Origin: an uncultured virus (IMG/VR IMGVR_UViG_3300011211_000002)
Taxonomy: Duplodnaviria > Heunggongvirae > Uroviricota > Caudoviricetes
Strand: one strand, 5' to 3'
DNA length: 64,000 nt
IMG/VR virus record: IMGVR_UViG_3300011211_000002
Made by a program: the position numbers and the translations under genes. The notes below the pieces were generated by a model. It was given only the letters and a program-made list of their open reading frames with translations, was not told the DNA's origin and did no database searches. Of the stretch, positions 32,386 through 42,342 are shown in pieces; position 1 is the stretch's first letter, and each line of letters opens with the position of its first letter.

Positions 32386-33153
32386 TTGAGTTCAATTGAT
32401 TTTTATTATAATGGTAGGCATTCTTCAGAAATGGGAGTATGCATGGTTAACCTTAATAGTGGATTAACTAAATCAAACTATTTATCTAATAAGAAAATAA
32501 TATCTGAAAAAATAGCAGGAAATCCAATACCCTATGTATATGGATCTGAATACGAGCCATTAGAATATACTCTTACTTTGGCTTGTATAGACGGTGAAAG
32601 ATGGACTGATGCGAAACGTAGAGAGATTGCTATATGGTTAGATACTAATAATTTTGAGGAATTTTATACAGATGACGAACCAAACAGATACTATTATCTC
32701 CAATATCAAGGATTAGTTGAATTAAATCATAATGACGCTATGGATGGGTATGTAGAAGTTTCAATGATGAATGACTCCCCTTTTATCTACTCTCCATATC
32801 AAGAAAAACGATATGAGTTAACAACCATTACAACTCCTACGATTATTGAGTTTGATAATACTGGCGATGATTTAATTTATCCTGAAATGTGGATTTACCT
32901 TATAAATGATGGTGATTTTCAAATTAGAAACTTATCTAATGGTGGTAAGGATTTTAAATTCACGGGATTGGCTAATGCTGAAACTATTTATGTTGATAAC
33001 AAACATCATGATATTGAATCTGATATCACTCTCACCTATCGCTATGATAACTTTAACAACAATTACCTTGAGTTAGTAAGAGGAATTAATAGATTGGAAG
33101 TTACAGGAGCATGTAGTTTGACATTTAGATATCAATTCCAATTAAAAGGATAA
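32386..33153 (+). CDS. Distal tail (Dit-like) protein
   Basis: TTG start after AGGAGGT; directly after TMP; C-terminal L..G.N.L.V.G motif. Confidence 0.75.
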   Translation: MSSIDFYYNGRHSSEMGVCMVNLNSGLTKSNYLSNKKIISEKIAGNPIPYVYGSEYEPLEYTLTLACIDGERWTDAKRREIAIWLDTNNFEEFYTDDEPNRYYYLQYQGLVELNHNDAMDGYVEVSMMNDSPFIYSPYQEKRYELTTITTPTIIEFDNTGDDLIYPEMWIYLINDGDFQIRNLSNGGKDFKFTGLANAETIYVDNKHHDIESDITLTYRYDNFNNNYLELVRGINRLEVTGACSLTFRYQFQLKG

Positions 33154-33158
33154 AGGAG

Positions 33159-35048
33159 GTGTCTACCCTGTTAGGAATAATTGATAGATATAAAAAGCCT
33201 GAAAAGTCACGATTATATTTATGTAAACCAGATAGATCTACTATCGCTGAATTAACTGAAGCTTATAATAAAAACCTTTCAACTAATTACAATGGGATAC
33301 ATGAATTGTCATTTGATATTCCCTATCTGGTAAATCGTAATCATAAATATGTTCGAAATAAAAATGTCGATTTAATTCGTGGACATTACCTAATTCGCTA
33401 CGAACGTGGGAATGAAAAAGAGTATTTTATAATTATCAATCCTAAGAACACTACTAATAATGGTGTGGAAGTTAAGAATGTTCAATGCTACTTACTTCCT
33501 TATGAGCTTAATAAAAAGATTATTCGTGAGTTCAGTGGTACAAAACCCTTATATTTTGATGTTGGATCAGAAGGTGTTTTAAACGAAACCTTACTTGCTA
33601 AATCTGATTGGTCAGTTGGTTATATTGATGTAGATATCGCTCAAAAGCATCGAACTTTTGATGTTAGTGAACAAGGTTTAATTGAGTTTATTGGTGATTT
33701 ATCAGATCTATACGATGCGGTTATTGTTTGGGATACAGACAATAAGAAAATTAACTTTCATAAGAATGAAGACATTGGTGTAAATAAAGGATTATCTATT
33801 GAACATGGAAAGTATTTAAAGTCATTAGAAGAGAATCCAGACTTTGATTCTGTTGTTACAAGGCTTTATGTATATGGTAATGAAGGTATATCTTTTGCAA
33901 GTGTCAACCCTACAGGTGTCCCATTCATAGAGTCATTTGATTTCTATATGTACCCTTTTAAGCGTGATGATATTACCCGAGAAATAATAACACACTCAAA
34001 CTATATGACTGATTCACTATGTCATGCAATTCTTGATTACAATGCACTCCTTGACAGTAAACAAGGTGAATTTACAAATATGCTTGAACGTAAAAAACCA
34101 ATTCTAGAAACTTTACAAGGAAAGCAAAATGAACTATTTGTATTACAAACTCAATTAAATACTATCGAAGATGAATTAGCTGTTGCAAATGCGACAATGA
34201 AACCTACTGATGCACTCATAACACAAAAAATAAATAAATTAGCTGAGATTACAAGTAAAAATGGTGAAATAGAAATAGTCAAAGACTCTTTGCAGAGTAT
34301 TGATAATGAAATTACTGTATTGAAAAACACAATAGCAATTGAAAATAACTTTACTCGTGATCAAATTATTGAACGTGAAAAATTTGCAAATGAATTAGTT
34401 TGGTCTAATACAAGTATTTTTGAGGTTGACGATTTGTACGAAGAAGGTAAAAAGGAATTACTAAAAGTAAGTCAACCTCGTATCTCCTACTCTATTGATA
34501 TTGTAGACTTTTTAAATGTAACCAAATGTCAAAGGGATTGGGATAAATTAGTTTTAGGTGATTTAGTTACAATCAAATATCCTAATTTTGGAGTAGATGT
34601 TTTAGCTAAAATTATTTCAATTAAACATGCTGAAGATACAAATAGTTTAAGTATTGAAATTGCAAATGCCCATGATATTAAGAACGGATTTATGACACTG
34701 AAAGAGTTATTTAATCGTACTGTATCAAGCTCTACCACCCTAGATATGTCTAAGTTTAAATGGGATGAGACGACTAAAAATACAAATGAGATTGGTCAAA
34801 TCCTTAATGACACATGGTCGGCAATTGATAGAGAGATAAAAGCAGGAGTAAATGAAAGTGTAGATATTTCTAGAAAAGGCATTGTTATTACAGATCCTAA
34901 TGACCCAAAACGATTATTAGTAATGCAGCATGGTGTAGTCGGTTTATCTAATGATGGTGGTAATACGTTTAAACATGCAATTACACCTGAGGGAATCATT
35001 GGTGAAAAAGTTAAATATAAAAAAATCAAAGGAGTCTTCCATGTGTAG
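33159..35048 (+). CDS. Tail spike/baseplate hub (Tal/prophage endopeptidase-like), N-terminal part
   Basis: VVTRLYVYG, LGDLVTI motifs; ends just after GGNTFKHAITPEGIIGEK. Confidence 0.8.
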   Translation: MSTLLGIIDRYKKPEKSRLYLCKPDRSTIAELTEAYNKNLSTNYNGIHELSFDIPYLVNRNHKYVRNKNVDLIRGHYLIRYERGNEKEYFIIINPKNTTNNGVEVKNVQCYLLPYELNKKIIREFSGTKPLYFDVGSEGVLNETLLAKSDWSVGYIDVDIAQKHRTFDVSEQGLIEFIGDLSDLYDAVIVWDTDNKKINFHKNEDIGVNKGLSIEHGKYLKSLEENPDFDSVVTRLYVYGNEGISFASVNPTGVPFIESFDFYMYPFKRDDITREIITHSNYMTDSLCHAILDYNALLDSKQGEFTNMLERKKPILETLQGKQNELFVLQTQLNTIEDELAVANATMKPTDALITQKINKLAEITSKNGEIEIVKDSLQSIDNEITVLKNTIAIENNFTRDQIIEREKFANELVWSNTSIFEVDDLYEEGKKELLKVSQPRISYSIDIVDFLNVTKCQRDWDKLVLGDLVTIKYPNFGVDVLAKIISIKHAEDTNSLSIEIANAHDIKNGFMTLKELFNRTVSSSTTLDMSKFKWDETTKNTNEIGQILNDTWSAIDREIKAGVNESVDISRKGIVITDPNDPKRLLVMQHGVVGLSNDGGNTFKHAITPEGIIGEKVKYKKIKGVFHV

Positions 35049-35075
35049 ATTCCTTTTTTATTTGGTGGTGAAATA

Positions 35076-35999
35076 GTGTTAATTACCAAAAAAGTTATAA
35101 TGCGATGGAATAATAAGAATAAAAAGTATTATACAGAAAAAGGATATCATTATACGTTCATTAATGATGAGTTTGATGTTGATGTAAGTGATTTATCAAA
35201 AGGCAGTCATTGTAAAGTTGAAGTAATGTGTGATTATTGTTTAGACGGAAAGATTCAGAAAGAATATAGGATTTACTTAAAACAAAATGAAAAATCAATA
35301 ATTAAAAAAGATTGTTGTGAAAAATGTAAATCATTAAAGACAGCAGAAAGTAATTCATTGGTCTATGGAGTTGTAAATGTATTTCAAACTGAAGTAGTAA
35401 AGGACAAAACTAAGAAAACTTTAATGAGTAAGTATGGCATAGAAAACCCTTCTCAAATGGATGACTATAGGAAAAAATTCACACAAACATCTTTAAAAAG
35501 ATATGGAGTCCCTCATCCTTTCCAAAGTCAAATAGTAAAAGATAAGATAATTAAAACCACTATTAAACGTTACGGTTATAAAGTAGCCATCCAAAATCCA
35601 AAAATTAAAGAAAAAGCAATAAAAACATTATATAAGAATGGAAATGCTCCAGTATCATCTGAACAGTTGAAAATATTTGAAATGCTATCAGATGAAGGAT
35701 TTGATGTTGTTTTAAACTACCCTTTTAAAAATTTCAACTTTGATGTCGCTATTTTTAAAGATGATATAAAAATAGATTTGGAGTATGACTGTTGGTATTG
35801 GCATAAGAATAGACTTCAAATAGATAGACGTAGGGACGAAATATCCAAACAAAATGGTTGGAAAATAATACGTATAAAAAGCGCAAAACTCTTACCTACT
35901 ATTGAAGAATTAAAAGTTGAAATTGAAAAGATAATCAATACTGACAGAATGTTTACTCAAATAGTATTAGATGATTGGGGAGATAAGGAGGTTTCTTAA
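35076..35999 (+). CDS. Putative homing endonuclease (Zn-finger + KYG repeats + DUF559/Vsr-like nuclease)
   Basis: CDYC/CEKC, repeated (K/R)YG..P..., FDVA...IDLEYD.WYWH...D.RRD....GWKIIRI. Confidence 0.8.
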   Translation: MLITKKVIMRWNNKNKKYYTEKGYHYTFINDEFDVDVSDLSKGSHCKVEVMCDYCLDGKIQKEYRIYLKQNEKSIIKKDCCEKCKSLKTAESNSLVYGVVNVFQTEVVKDKTKKTLMSKYGIENPSQMDDYRKKFTQTSLKRYGVPHPFQSQIVKDKIIKTTIKRYGYKVAIQNPKIKEKAIKTLYKNGNAPVSSEQLKIFEMLSDEGFDVVLNYPFKNFNFDVAIFKDDIKIDLEYDCWYWHKNRLQIDRRRDEISKQNGWKIIRIKSAKLLPTIEELKVEIEKIINTDRMFTQIVLDDWGDKEVS

Positions 36000-37621
36000 T
36001 GAGTAATGTAACCGTGATTCAAACAAAAAATACAATTTACATGGGTTCTGATAGTGCAGTTTCAACAAAATTAAACAATAAGTATTATCGCATCGATACT
36101 AGTGGAAAAAAACTATTTACTTTTGATAATAAAGTAATATTCTGTTCAGGAAACCTTCTTCTTTCTTACACAATCATTGAAGAGTTTAAAAAACAACCAT
36201 TTAAGGATATTAAAACTTTAAGAGAAATTGCTTCGCATTATTATCATGTATATAAAATAAATGAAGCATGTGAAGGTTTTGACTTGGATATTTTAATTGG
36301 TGAGGCATTTAATGATCATACGATAGTATATCAAATTTCACCTTACTATAACTTTGAAATTATTGAAAGTGTAATAAGTAACACTGAAGAAGTTGCAATT
36401 ATAACTGGTGGAATAAAAACTCAGGAATCATTTGATTTAGCATATGAAAAATTATTATCTCAAATGAAAATAGAAGATTTATATCAATCTATATTTAATC
36501 AACTTTCAGATGAGACAATTGGTGGTACTTTAAAAGTATTAAAGATAACAAAACCCCAAATTATTGAGTTACTTGACTCCCCTATCGTTGAGAAATTGAA
36601 TTTAAAATTACTTAATGATTTTGTTGAAACAAACAAGCATTTAATCATCGGAGAAAGAATCATTGGTAAGCTTCTTCTTGGTGAGAAATTAATCATTGGT
36701 GATAGCAACGGTACTTTCACAATCAATGGCAATTTGTTAACTATTCAAGATTTGAACGAAAAGCCACGAGTTAAATTAGGCGAGTATTCAAAAGGAAAAT
36801 ACGGATTGCAGTTATTCGATAAGACTGGTAATCAAGTTGTTTTAGATGAAGATGGAATGCTGCAAACATGGCAAGAAGGAAGAACTGATAATGTGGACGG
36901 ATATCATCCCCTTACACTCTATGTGTATATTCCTGAACAAACCTTATCAATAAAAAAAGCACTACTTAGGTTTAAATTATTGGAGTTCAGAGCATATAGT
37001 CAAACAACTGAATCAGGTGGTGGTACATACTCTTCCACTAGTTCAGGTGGTGGCACGTATGGTTCTACAGGTTCTGGAGGCGGTACATATGGCTCAACTG
37101 ATAGTGGTGGAGGTACATACTCATCTACTGATGGTGGAGGTAATGCAATTGTTACATCTGGCAATAGTGGCATTGATGTTATATATGGAACTGGACAAAC
37201 TGATCCGTCATCAGGTCACAGTCATACATATAGAACTGTAGAAGGTCATAAACACAATATTACCCTACCATCTCATACACATTCATTCTCAGTCCCATCT
37301 CATTATCATACTGTCAATATACCCTCCCACTCTCATACAGTAGATATACCTTCTCATTCGCATTCGTTTTCTGTACCTGCTCACTCTCACCCTATATCTC
37401 ATGGGATTTATAAGAGTACTACAGCTAGACAAATATCTATACATATCAATGGTATAAATAGAGATTATGAGTTAGGTGGTAAATTTAATATTGATAAATT
37501 TAACTTGAACATCACTCCATACCTAATTAAAGGACAATGGAATGTGATTGATTTATACAGTAGTCAATTAGGAAGATTAGATGCAACGGTGTTTATTCAA
37601 GCATTAATGGGTCACGAATAA
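35999..37621 (+). CDS. Fusion: N-terminal Ntn-hydrolase/proteasome-beta-like domain + C-terminal tail spike portion with Gly-rich and His-rich repeats
   Basis: Starts M-S-NVTVI....IYMGSDS..S, K..., CSG; after about residue 215 switches to IIGERIIGKLLLGE tail-type sequence, GGGTY repeats and HxH repeats. Confidence 0.65.
   Translation: MSNVTVIQTKNTIYMGSDSAVSTKLNNKYYRIDTSGKKLFTFDNKVIFCSGNLLLSYTIIEEFKKQPFKDIKTLREIASHYYHVYKINEACEGFDLDILIGEAFNDHTIVYQISPYYNFEIIESVISNTEEVAIITGGIKTQESFDLAYEKLLSQMKIEDLYQSIFNQLSDETIGGTLKVLKITKPQIIELLDSPIVEKLNLKLLNDFVETNKHLIIGERIIGKLLLGEKLIIGDSNGTFTINGNLLTIQDLNEKPRVKLGEYSKGKYGLQLFDKTGNQVVLDEDGMLQTWQEGRTDNVDGYHPLTLYVYIPEQTLSIKKALLRFKLLEFRAYSQTTESGGGTYSSTSSGGGTYGSTGSGGGTYGSTDSGGGTYSSTDGGGNAIVTSGNSGIDVIYGTGQTDPSSGHSHTYRTVEGHKHNITLPSHTHSFSVPSHYHTVNIPSHSHTVDIPSHSHSFSVPAHSHPISHGIYKSTTARQISIHINGINRDYELGGKFNIDKFNLNITPYLIKGQWNVIDLYSSQLGRLDATVFIQALMGHE
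37013..37142 (+). repeat. Degenerate 30-bp tandem repeat encoding SGGGTY(S/G)ST units
   Basis: Four to five units visible in DNA and protein. Confidence 0.75.
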
Positions 37622-37650
37622 TAATTACATAAAATATAAATATTATTTAA

Positions 37651-37842
37651 ATGGAGGAAGTTATGGATACTATCAAAGTGATTTTACAAAATAACAAAGA
37701 CTTTGTAACACAAGTAGAAAATTATAACGCATTAGAATTAACAAAATCAATCAGTAACTCCGAAAGTGTTATCGTACAAATAGGCGATATCATTGTTAAT
37801 AAACATCATATCGAATGCATTCACAAAGTAACTAATCAATAG
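37651..37842 (+). CDS. Small tail-associated protein
   Basis: RBS GGAGG; 63 aa or shorter. Confidence 0.55.
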   Translation: MEEVMDTIKVILQNNKDFVTQVENYNALELTKSISNSESVIVQIGDIIVNKHHIECIHKVTNQ

Positions 37843-37882
37843 AGGGTTAGTTACTTTTTTTATTTTATAAAGGAGGTAACTT

Positions 37883-40594
37883 ATGAAAAGATATGAAGGT
37901 AGTCCTGCTATAGTTATCGAACGAAGAAAAGGTACACCTGACTCCCCTTTCAGTGACATGAATGAAACCCTTGTTGTTGCAGGAGATGGTAAAGTAGTAT
38001 TGTCTGAAATTCCTAACGAATTAAATCGAGTTATTGTAACATCAGATGACAATATAACTTGGTATGAAATTACAAATGGTCAAGTTCCTTTAAATGGCTT
38101 TAAAGTAGACTACATAAATAAATTAGTAACTTTTAATATTGCTCATGTAGGTAAACAACTTCATTTTAAATATTTTGGAGAAGGAAACCATTATTATAGT
38201 CTACATTCTATATATACAAAATTAGAGAAAGGTTCAGTTGTCGAAACACTAGGTGATCTAATCGAAAATGGTACTGGCGCATTAGACGCTTTAGATAAAT
38301 TAGATGAAAAATTAAATGAAGTTAATCAAGCTACAAATAATGCAATTACAGTAACTAATGATGCTAGAGATATAATCAATGAAGGAAATCAGGTTATCAA
38401 TACTGTAAATAATAAGATTACAGAAATTGATAACAAAAATGATGAAGCAACATCAAAAATTTTAGAATTAGACTCAAAATTAGATGAAGCGAGAACCACT
38501 ATAGCCGATGTTCAACAAAAATCTAATATAGTGGATGGTATTATTACAGACGGTCAAACTGTCATTGATAATGTCCAGACCCTTATAGATGAAGTTAAGT
38601 CAGTAGGAGAGTTTAATTTAACAAGCTTTTATAAAAAGAATAACACTGTCTTAAATAATGGTTCAACTTGGATAGCATTACAAGATACTCAAAATAACCC
38701 CCTCCCAATCTTACCAGTAACAGAAAATACATATTGGAGACTGACTGCGTTACATGGTTTAAAAGGAGATAAAGGAGAAACAGGTACAGCCTTAAGTATT
38801 TTAGGAAAACTAACAGATGTAACACAATTGCCTCCTACTGGTCAAGCAGGTGACGGTTACACTGTAAATGGAGAATTATATGTCTGGTCTGAAAATACTA
38901 ATGCTTGGGAAAATGTAGGCAACATCAAGGGAGAAAAAGGCGATAAAGGTGAAATTGGTGAAGATGGAAGATCAGCATATGAGGTTGCTGTAGATAATGG
39001 ATTTGTTGGTACGATTGAAGATTGGTTTGCGTCTCTAAAAGGAGAAAGAGGAGACAAAGGACAGGATGCAGATTTAACAGATGTTAATCAAGAAATAGCG
39101 AACTTACAACAAACAGTTACAGATAACAAATTAGAAGTAAATAAGTATTTTGAAAATAGTACCAAAATATTTATTAATGCTGCAAATCCTCCTGCGCCTC
39201 TGAATAGTATGAAGTTTGACGAACAAACAGATGACACTGTAGCATTACAGAACATAATTAATTACTTAGAAACCAAAGGTGGAGGATCAATTCTCTTTCC
39301 TCAAGGAATATCATTAATTTCCTCTAAAATTGTAATTAAGAAACCGATATTTCTTATTGGTCAAGGAAAAGGCGGAAACTCTGATAACACAAATGGTTCA
39401 GGAATCGGCAACACTACGTTTAGATGGTCTACTTTACAATCAGGTACAATGTTTGAATTTGTTTCCGAAACGCCATCAAGTACCTTATTTGACGGAGGAA
39501 TGTCAAACATTTTATTAGATGGTGGAAGTACTGCCACAAGAGGTTTCAAATGTAAAAGTTGTGGATATATGGATTTCAAATCAATCGAAGGTCGTAGCTT
39601 TGTATCTGAATTAGGATTAATTGACGATAGCAATGGAGTCCTTTCCCAGTTTAATCGATTTGAAGATATAAAATATGTTTATGGTGCAGGAGTAGATACT
39701 CAAAACTCACATGGCTTAGTGTTTCACGGAGTTTCTGAAATTGGAGTAACTCAAAATCATATTATAAGTATTACTGGTTTAATGCATAGTGGTTATTTAT
39801 TAGTATTCAAAACTTCAGATAATAATGTAGTTGAAAAATGTCATAGTGCCACTATAGGTACAGGTGGTTCAATATGGTTTGCAAATGGTATCTATTCTGA
39901 TAGTCATTTAATTAATTATCTTGTAGGTAGAGTTAAATCTGACTCTATGGCAAAAGGAAATAGAATAGTTCATTGGAATTCCGAAGGTGGAGGGCTAGAT
40001 ATAACAGAAGGAAGCGTTATCCACTATGAGGTATATGATTATTACCAATGTAATTTATTCACTACGAGAAAGTATATCATGACTGATCAAAAAAACTTAA
40101 CAATTGGTGATTTTGATATTGTTGATGGAGGAGCAATCAAAGGAATCGCAGCAAATCAATGGTCATGTATAAACCTTCCTGATAATGCAACAGATTCTAG
40201 AATATCCTGTATAGTACCACCAGAATACGAATGGTATGATGGTACTATTAACACTCTTAGAATCAGATTTTCACAAGACAGTGAAAACTCAGGAGGACGC
40301 TTTAGAATTACCATAAAGGCATCGACCTCTTCGAATAATGGAGGTGTTCATTTACTTGAATATGATGCTTCAACTCTAGTACCTGCTAACACATTTCCAT
40401 ACACCAATCAACACATTGATATTCCTATTAATTTAGAATATAAAAAAGACGATTTAATTTTAATTAGTATTACACGTAATGGTTCACATACAGAAGATAC
40501 TGCCATTGGCAATATGCAAATAATAGGTGCACAACTGATTTATAATTCCGTAGGACCCAATTCTAGTGGATCTGGATCTTACCCTATCAGATAA
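37883..40594 (+). CDS. Tail fibre/receptor-binding protein with collagen-like segments and pectate-lyase-like beta-helix
   Basis: GxKGDKG repeats; DDTVALQNII....GG.ILFPQG motif. Confidence 0.8.
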   Translation: MKRYEGSPAIVIERRKGTPDSPFSDMNETLVVAGDGKVVLSEIPNELNRVIVTSDDNITWYEITNGQVPLNGFKVDYINKLVTFNIAHVGKQLHFKYFGEGNHYYSLHSIYTKLEKGSVVETLGDLIENGTGALDALDKLDEKLNEVNQATNNAITVTNDARDIINEGNQVINTVNNKITEIDNKNDEATSKILELDSKLDEARTTIADVQQKSNIVDGIITDGQTVIDNVQTLIDEVKSVGEFNLTSFYKKNNTVLNNGSTWIALQDTQNNPLPILPVTENTYWRLTALHGLKGDKGETGTALSILGKLTDVTQLPPTGQAGDGYTVNGELYVWSENTNAWENVGNIKGEKGDKGEIGEDGRSAYEVAVDNGFVGTIEDWFASLKGERGDKGQDADLTDVNQEIANLQQTVTDNKLEVNKYFENSTKIFINAANPPAPLNSMKFDEQTDDTVALQNIINYLETKGGGSILFPQGISLISSKIVIKKPIFLIGQGKGGNSDNTNGSGIGNTTFRWSTLQSGTMFEFVSETPSSTLFDGGMSNILLDGGSTATRGFKCKSCGYMDFKSIEGRSFVSELGLIDDSNGVLSQFNRFEDIKYVYGAGVDTQNSHGLVFHGVSEIGVTQNHIISITGLMHSGYLLVFKTSDNNVVEKCHSATIGTGGSIWFANGIYSDSHLINYLVGRVKSDSMAKGNRIVHWNSEGGGLDITEGSVIHYEVYDYYQCNLFTTRKYIMTDQKNLTIGDFDIVDGGAIKGIAANQWSCINLPDNATDSRISCIVPPEYEWYDGTINTLRIRFSQDSENSGGRFRITIKASTSSNNGGVHLLEYDASTLVPANTFPYTNQHIDIPINLEYKKDDLILISITRNGSHTEDTAIGNMQIIGAQLIYNSVGPNSSGSGSYPIR

Positions 40595-40700
40595 CCTACT
40601 TAAAAGTTTGGTTAATTGTTGTATTATAACGAAAATATTCCACTTAATAAGATTATATGTTATTTTATATATAATAAGTAATAAGGGGTGGAAAGAAATA

Positions 40701-41486
40701 ATGGAAAGTTTTACTAAAGTTAATAATACAGTTAGGTATGGTCATTATACTAAAATTTATGATAATGTGGAAATTGGTAACAATGTAGAAATCGGAGAAT
40801 TCACAATTATCTACCCAAACGTAGTGATTAAAGATAACACTAAAATAGGTAGTCATTGTATCATTGGTGAACCTACAGCTAGTTATTATGAAGATTCGAA
40901 AAATCATCAGTTCAAAACTACGATAATCGGAGAAAATTCTATTATTCGTTCAAATTCTATCATTTATGAAGATGTTAAAATAGGTGATAATTTCCAAAGT
41001 GGACATCGAGTAACTATAAGAGAACAATCTGAAATTGGTAATAATTGTAGCGTGGGAACACTTTGTGATCTACAAGGGAAATTAAAAATCGGTAATTTTG
41101 TTCGATTACATTCCAATGTTCATATTGGGCAAATGTCTAATATTGAGGACTATGTATGGATTTATCCGTATGTAGTACTTACTAATGATCCATATCCTCC
41201 TATGGGCGTTTTAAAAGGAGTAACAATTCGTAAGTTTGCTCAGGTAGCTACATCATCTGTTGTGATGCCGGGGGTAGAGATTGGTGAAAATGCATTGATT
41301 GGTGCTCAATCATTAGTAAGAAAAGATGTTCCTGCTGAAAGAGTGATTGTAGGTGTTCCAGGAAAAGATATTTGCTCTGTACGAGATTTAAAAGATGATA
41401 AAGGTAATCAGATATATCCATGGAAAGAGCACCTTAAGGATTTTAGAGGTTATCCATGGCAAAGAGAAGAAGATTTTGAAGTTTAA
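40701..41486 (+). CDS. Hexapeptide-repeat (left-handed beta-helix) acyltransferase
   Basis: Repeated [IV]G.N..IG, TND.YPP, VGVPGK motifs. Confidence 0.88.
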   Translation: MESFTKVNNTVRYGHYTKIYDNVEIGNNVEIGEFTIIYPNVVIKDNTKIGSHCIIGEPTASYYEDSKNHQFKTTIIGENSIIRSNSIIYEDVKIGDNFQSGHRVTIREQSEIGNNCSVGTLCDLQGKLKIGNFVRLHSNVHIGQMSNIEDYVWIYPYVVLTNDPYPPMGVLKGVTIRKFAQVATSSVVMPGVEIGENALIGAQSLVRKDVPAERVIVGVPGKDICSVRDLKDDKGNQIYPWKEHLKDFRGYPWQREEDFEV

Positions 41487-41532
41487 GTTAAGCAACAGTT
41501 AATGTTAAAAGTTCTAAATATTGTTCAGTATA

Positions 41533-41559
41533 CGCTACTCATATTGAGTGGCGTTTTTT
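41533..41559 (+). terminator. Intrinsic terminator after acyltransferase
   Basis: ACGCTACTCA-tat-TGAGTGGCGT followed by T-run. Confidence 0.7.
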
Positions 41560-41644
41560 TAGTTATTTTAATAATTGACATATTTTATTAGAGTAGGTGT
41601 GAGTTTAATCTCCCCTACTCTTTTTTATTATTTTAAAGAAGTCG

Positions 41645-42067
41645 GTGATTATATTGGAGAACGAAAAGCTTGGTGAAAGATTAGCAAGCGTGGAAACCGA
41701 GTTAAAAAATCAGAATCATAGAGTTTCAAAATTGGAAGGTAACAATGAATTACTTTATCGTTTAACAGTTGTTTCAGAACAGCAACAGGAAATGAATAAA
41801 CATCAACAAATACAATTAAATAAAATGGATGAAACCTTTAATAACATCAATATCAATTTGACAAAACTAAATATGTCACAAGATGAGTTGCAAGATGATG
41901 TAAAAAATATCGGAAGACGTGTTGACAGTATTGAGGAAGATTTAAAAAACGAATCTGACAAAGACAATATTTCAATTAGTGAATTTTTTAAAAAATACAT
42001 ACATTGGTGGTTGCTACTCCCCCTCACAATCATCGGAGCGTATTTCATGAAGTGGCTAGGATTATAA
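41645..42067 (+). CDS. XhlA/BhlA-like lysis-associated membrane protein
   Basis: ERLASVE N-terminus, coiled coil, single C-terminal TM. Confidence 0.65.
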   Translation: MIILENEKLGERLASVETELKNQNHRVSKLEGNNELLYRLTVVSEQQQEMNKHQQIQLNKMDETFNNININLTKLNMSQDELQDDVKNIGRRVDSIEEDLKNESDKDNISISEFFKKYIHWWLLLPLTIIGAYFMKWLGL

Positions 42068-42084
42068 GAAAGGAAATGATAAAT

Positions 42085-42342
42085 ATGAAAATTAACTGGA
42101 AAGTACGTTTAAAACACAAACCATTCTTAGTGGGTGCATTTGCTTTACTATTACTATTAGTGCAACAAATCGGGGTGCTATTTGGCTATGATACAACAAT
42201 TTATAATGAGCAAGTTACGGAGTTATTTAACACTGTGCTCGCTTTTTTAGTGCTGATTGGTGTGGTCGTTGATCCAACGACTAGTGGGACATCAGATAGT
42301 GAACAAGCATTAAAATATGAAAAACCAAAGGATGATGAATAA
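42085..42342 (+). CDS. Holin (phi LC3 family)
   Basis: MKINWKVRLK...GVVVDPTT.G.SDSEQAL.Y..PK signature. Confidence 0.92.
   Translation: MKINWKVRLKHKPFLVGAFALLLLLVQQIGVLFGYDTTIYNEQVTELFNTVLAFLVLIGVVVDPTTSGTSDSEQALKYEKPKDDE

Noticed and set aside
35010..36643. Group I/II intron or classical intein in the tail gene
   Set aside because: Insert is almost fully protein-coding with stop codons between ORFs; no ribozyme core or intein terminal motifs recognisable
42076..42087. Holin/antiholin dual start (MINM)
   Set aside because: First ATG is too close to the RBS and no charged residue lies between the two Met codons
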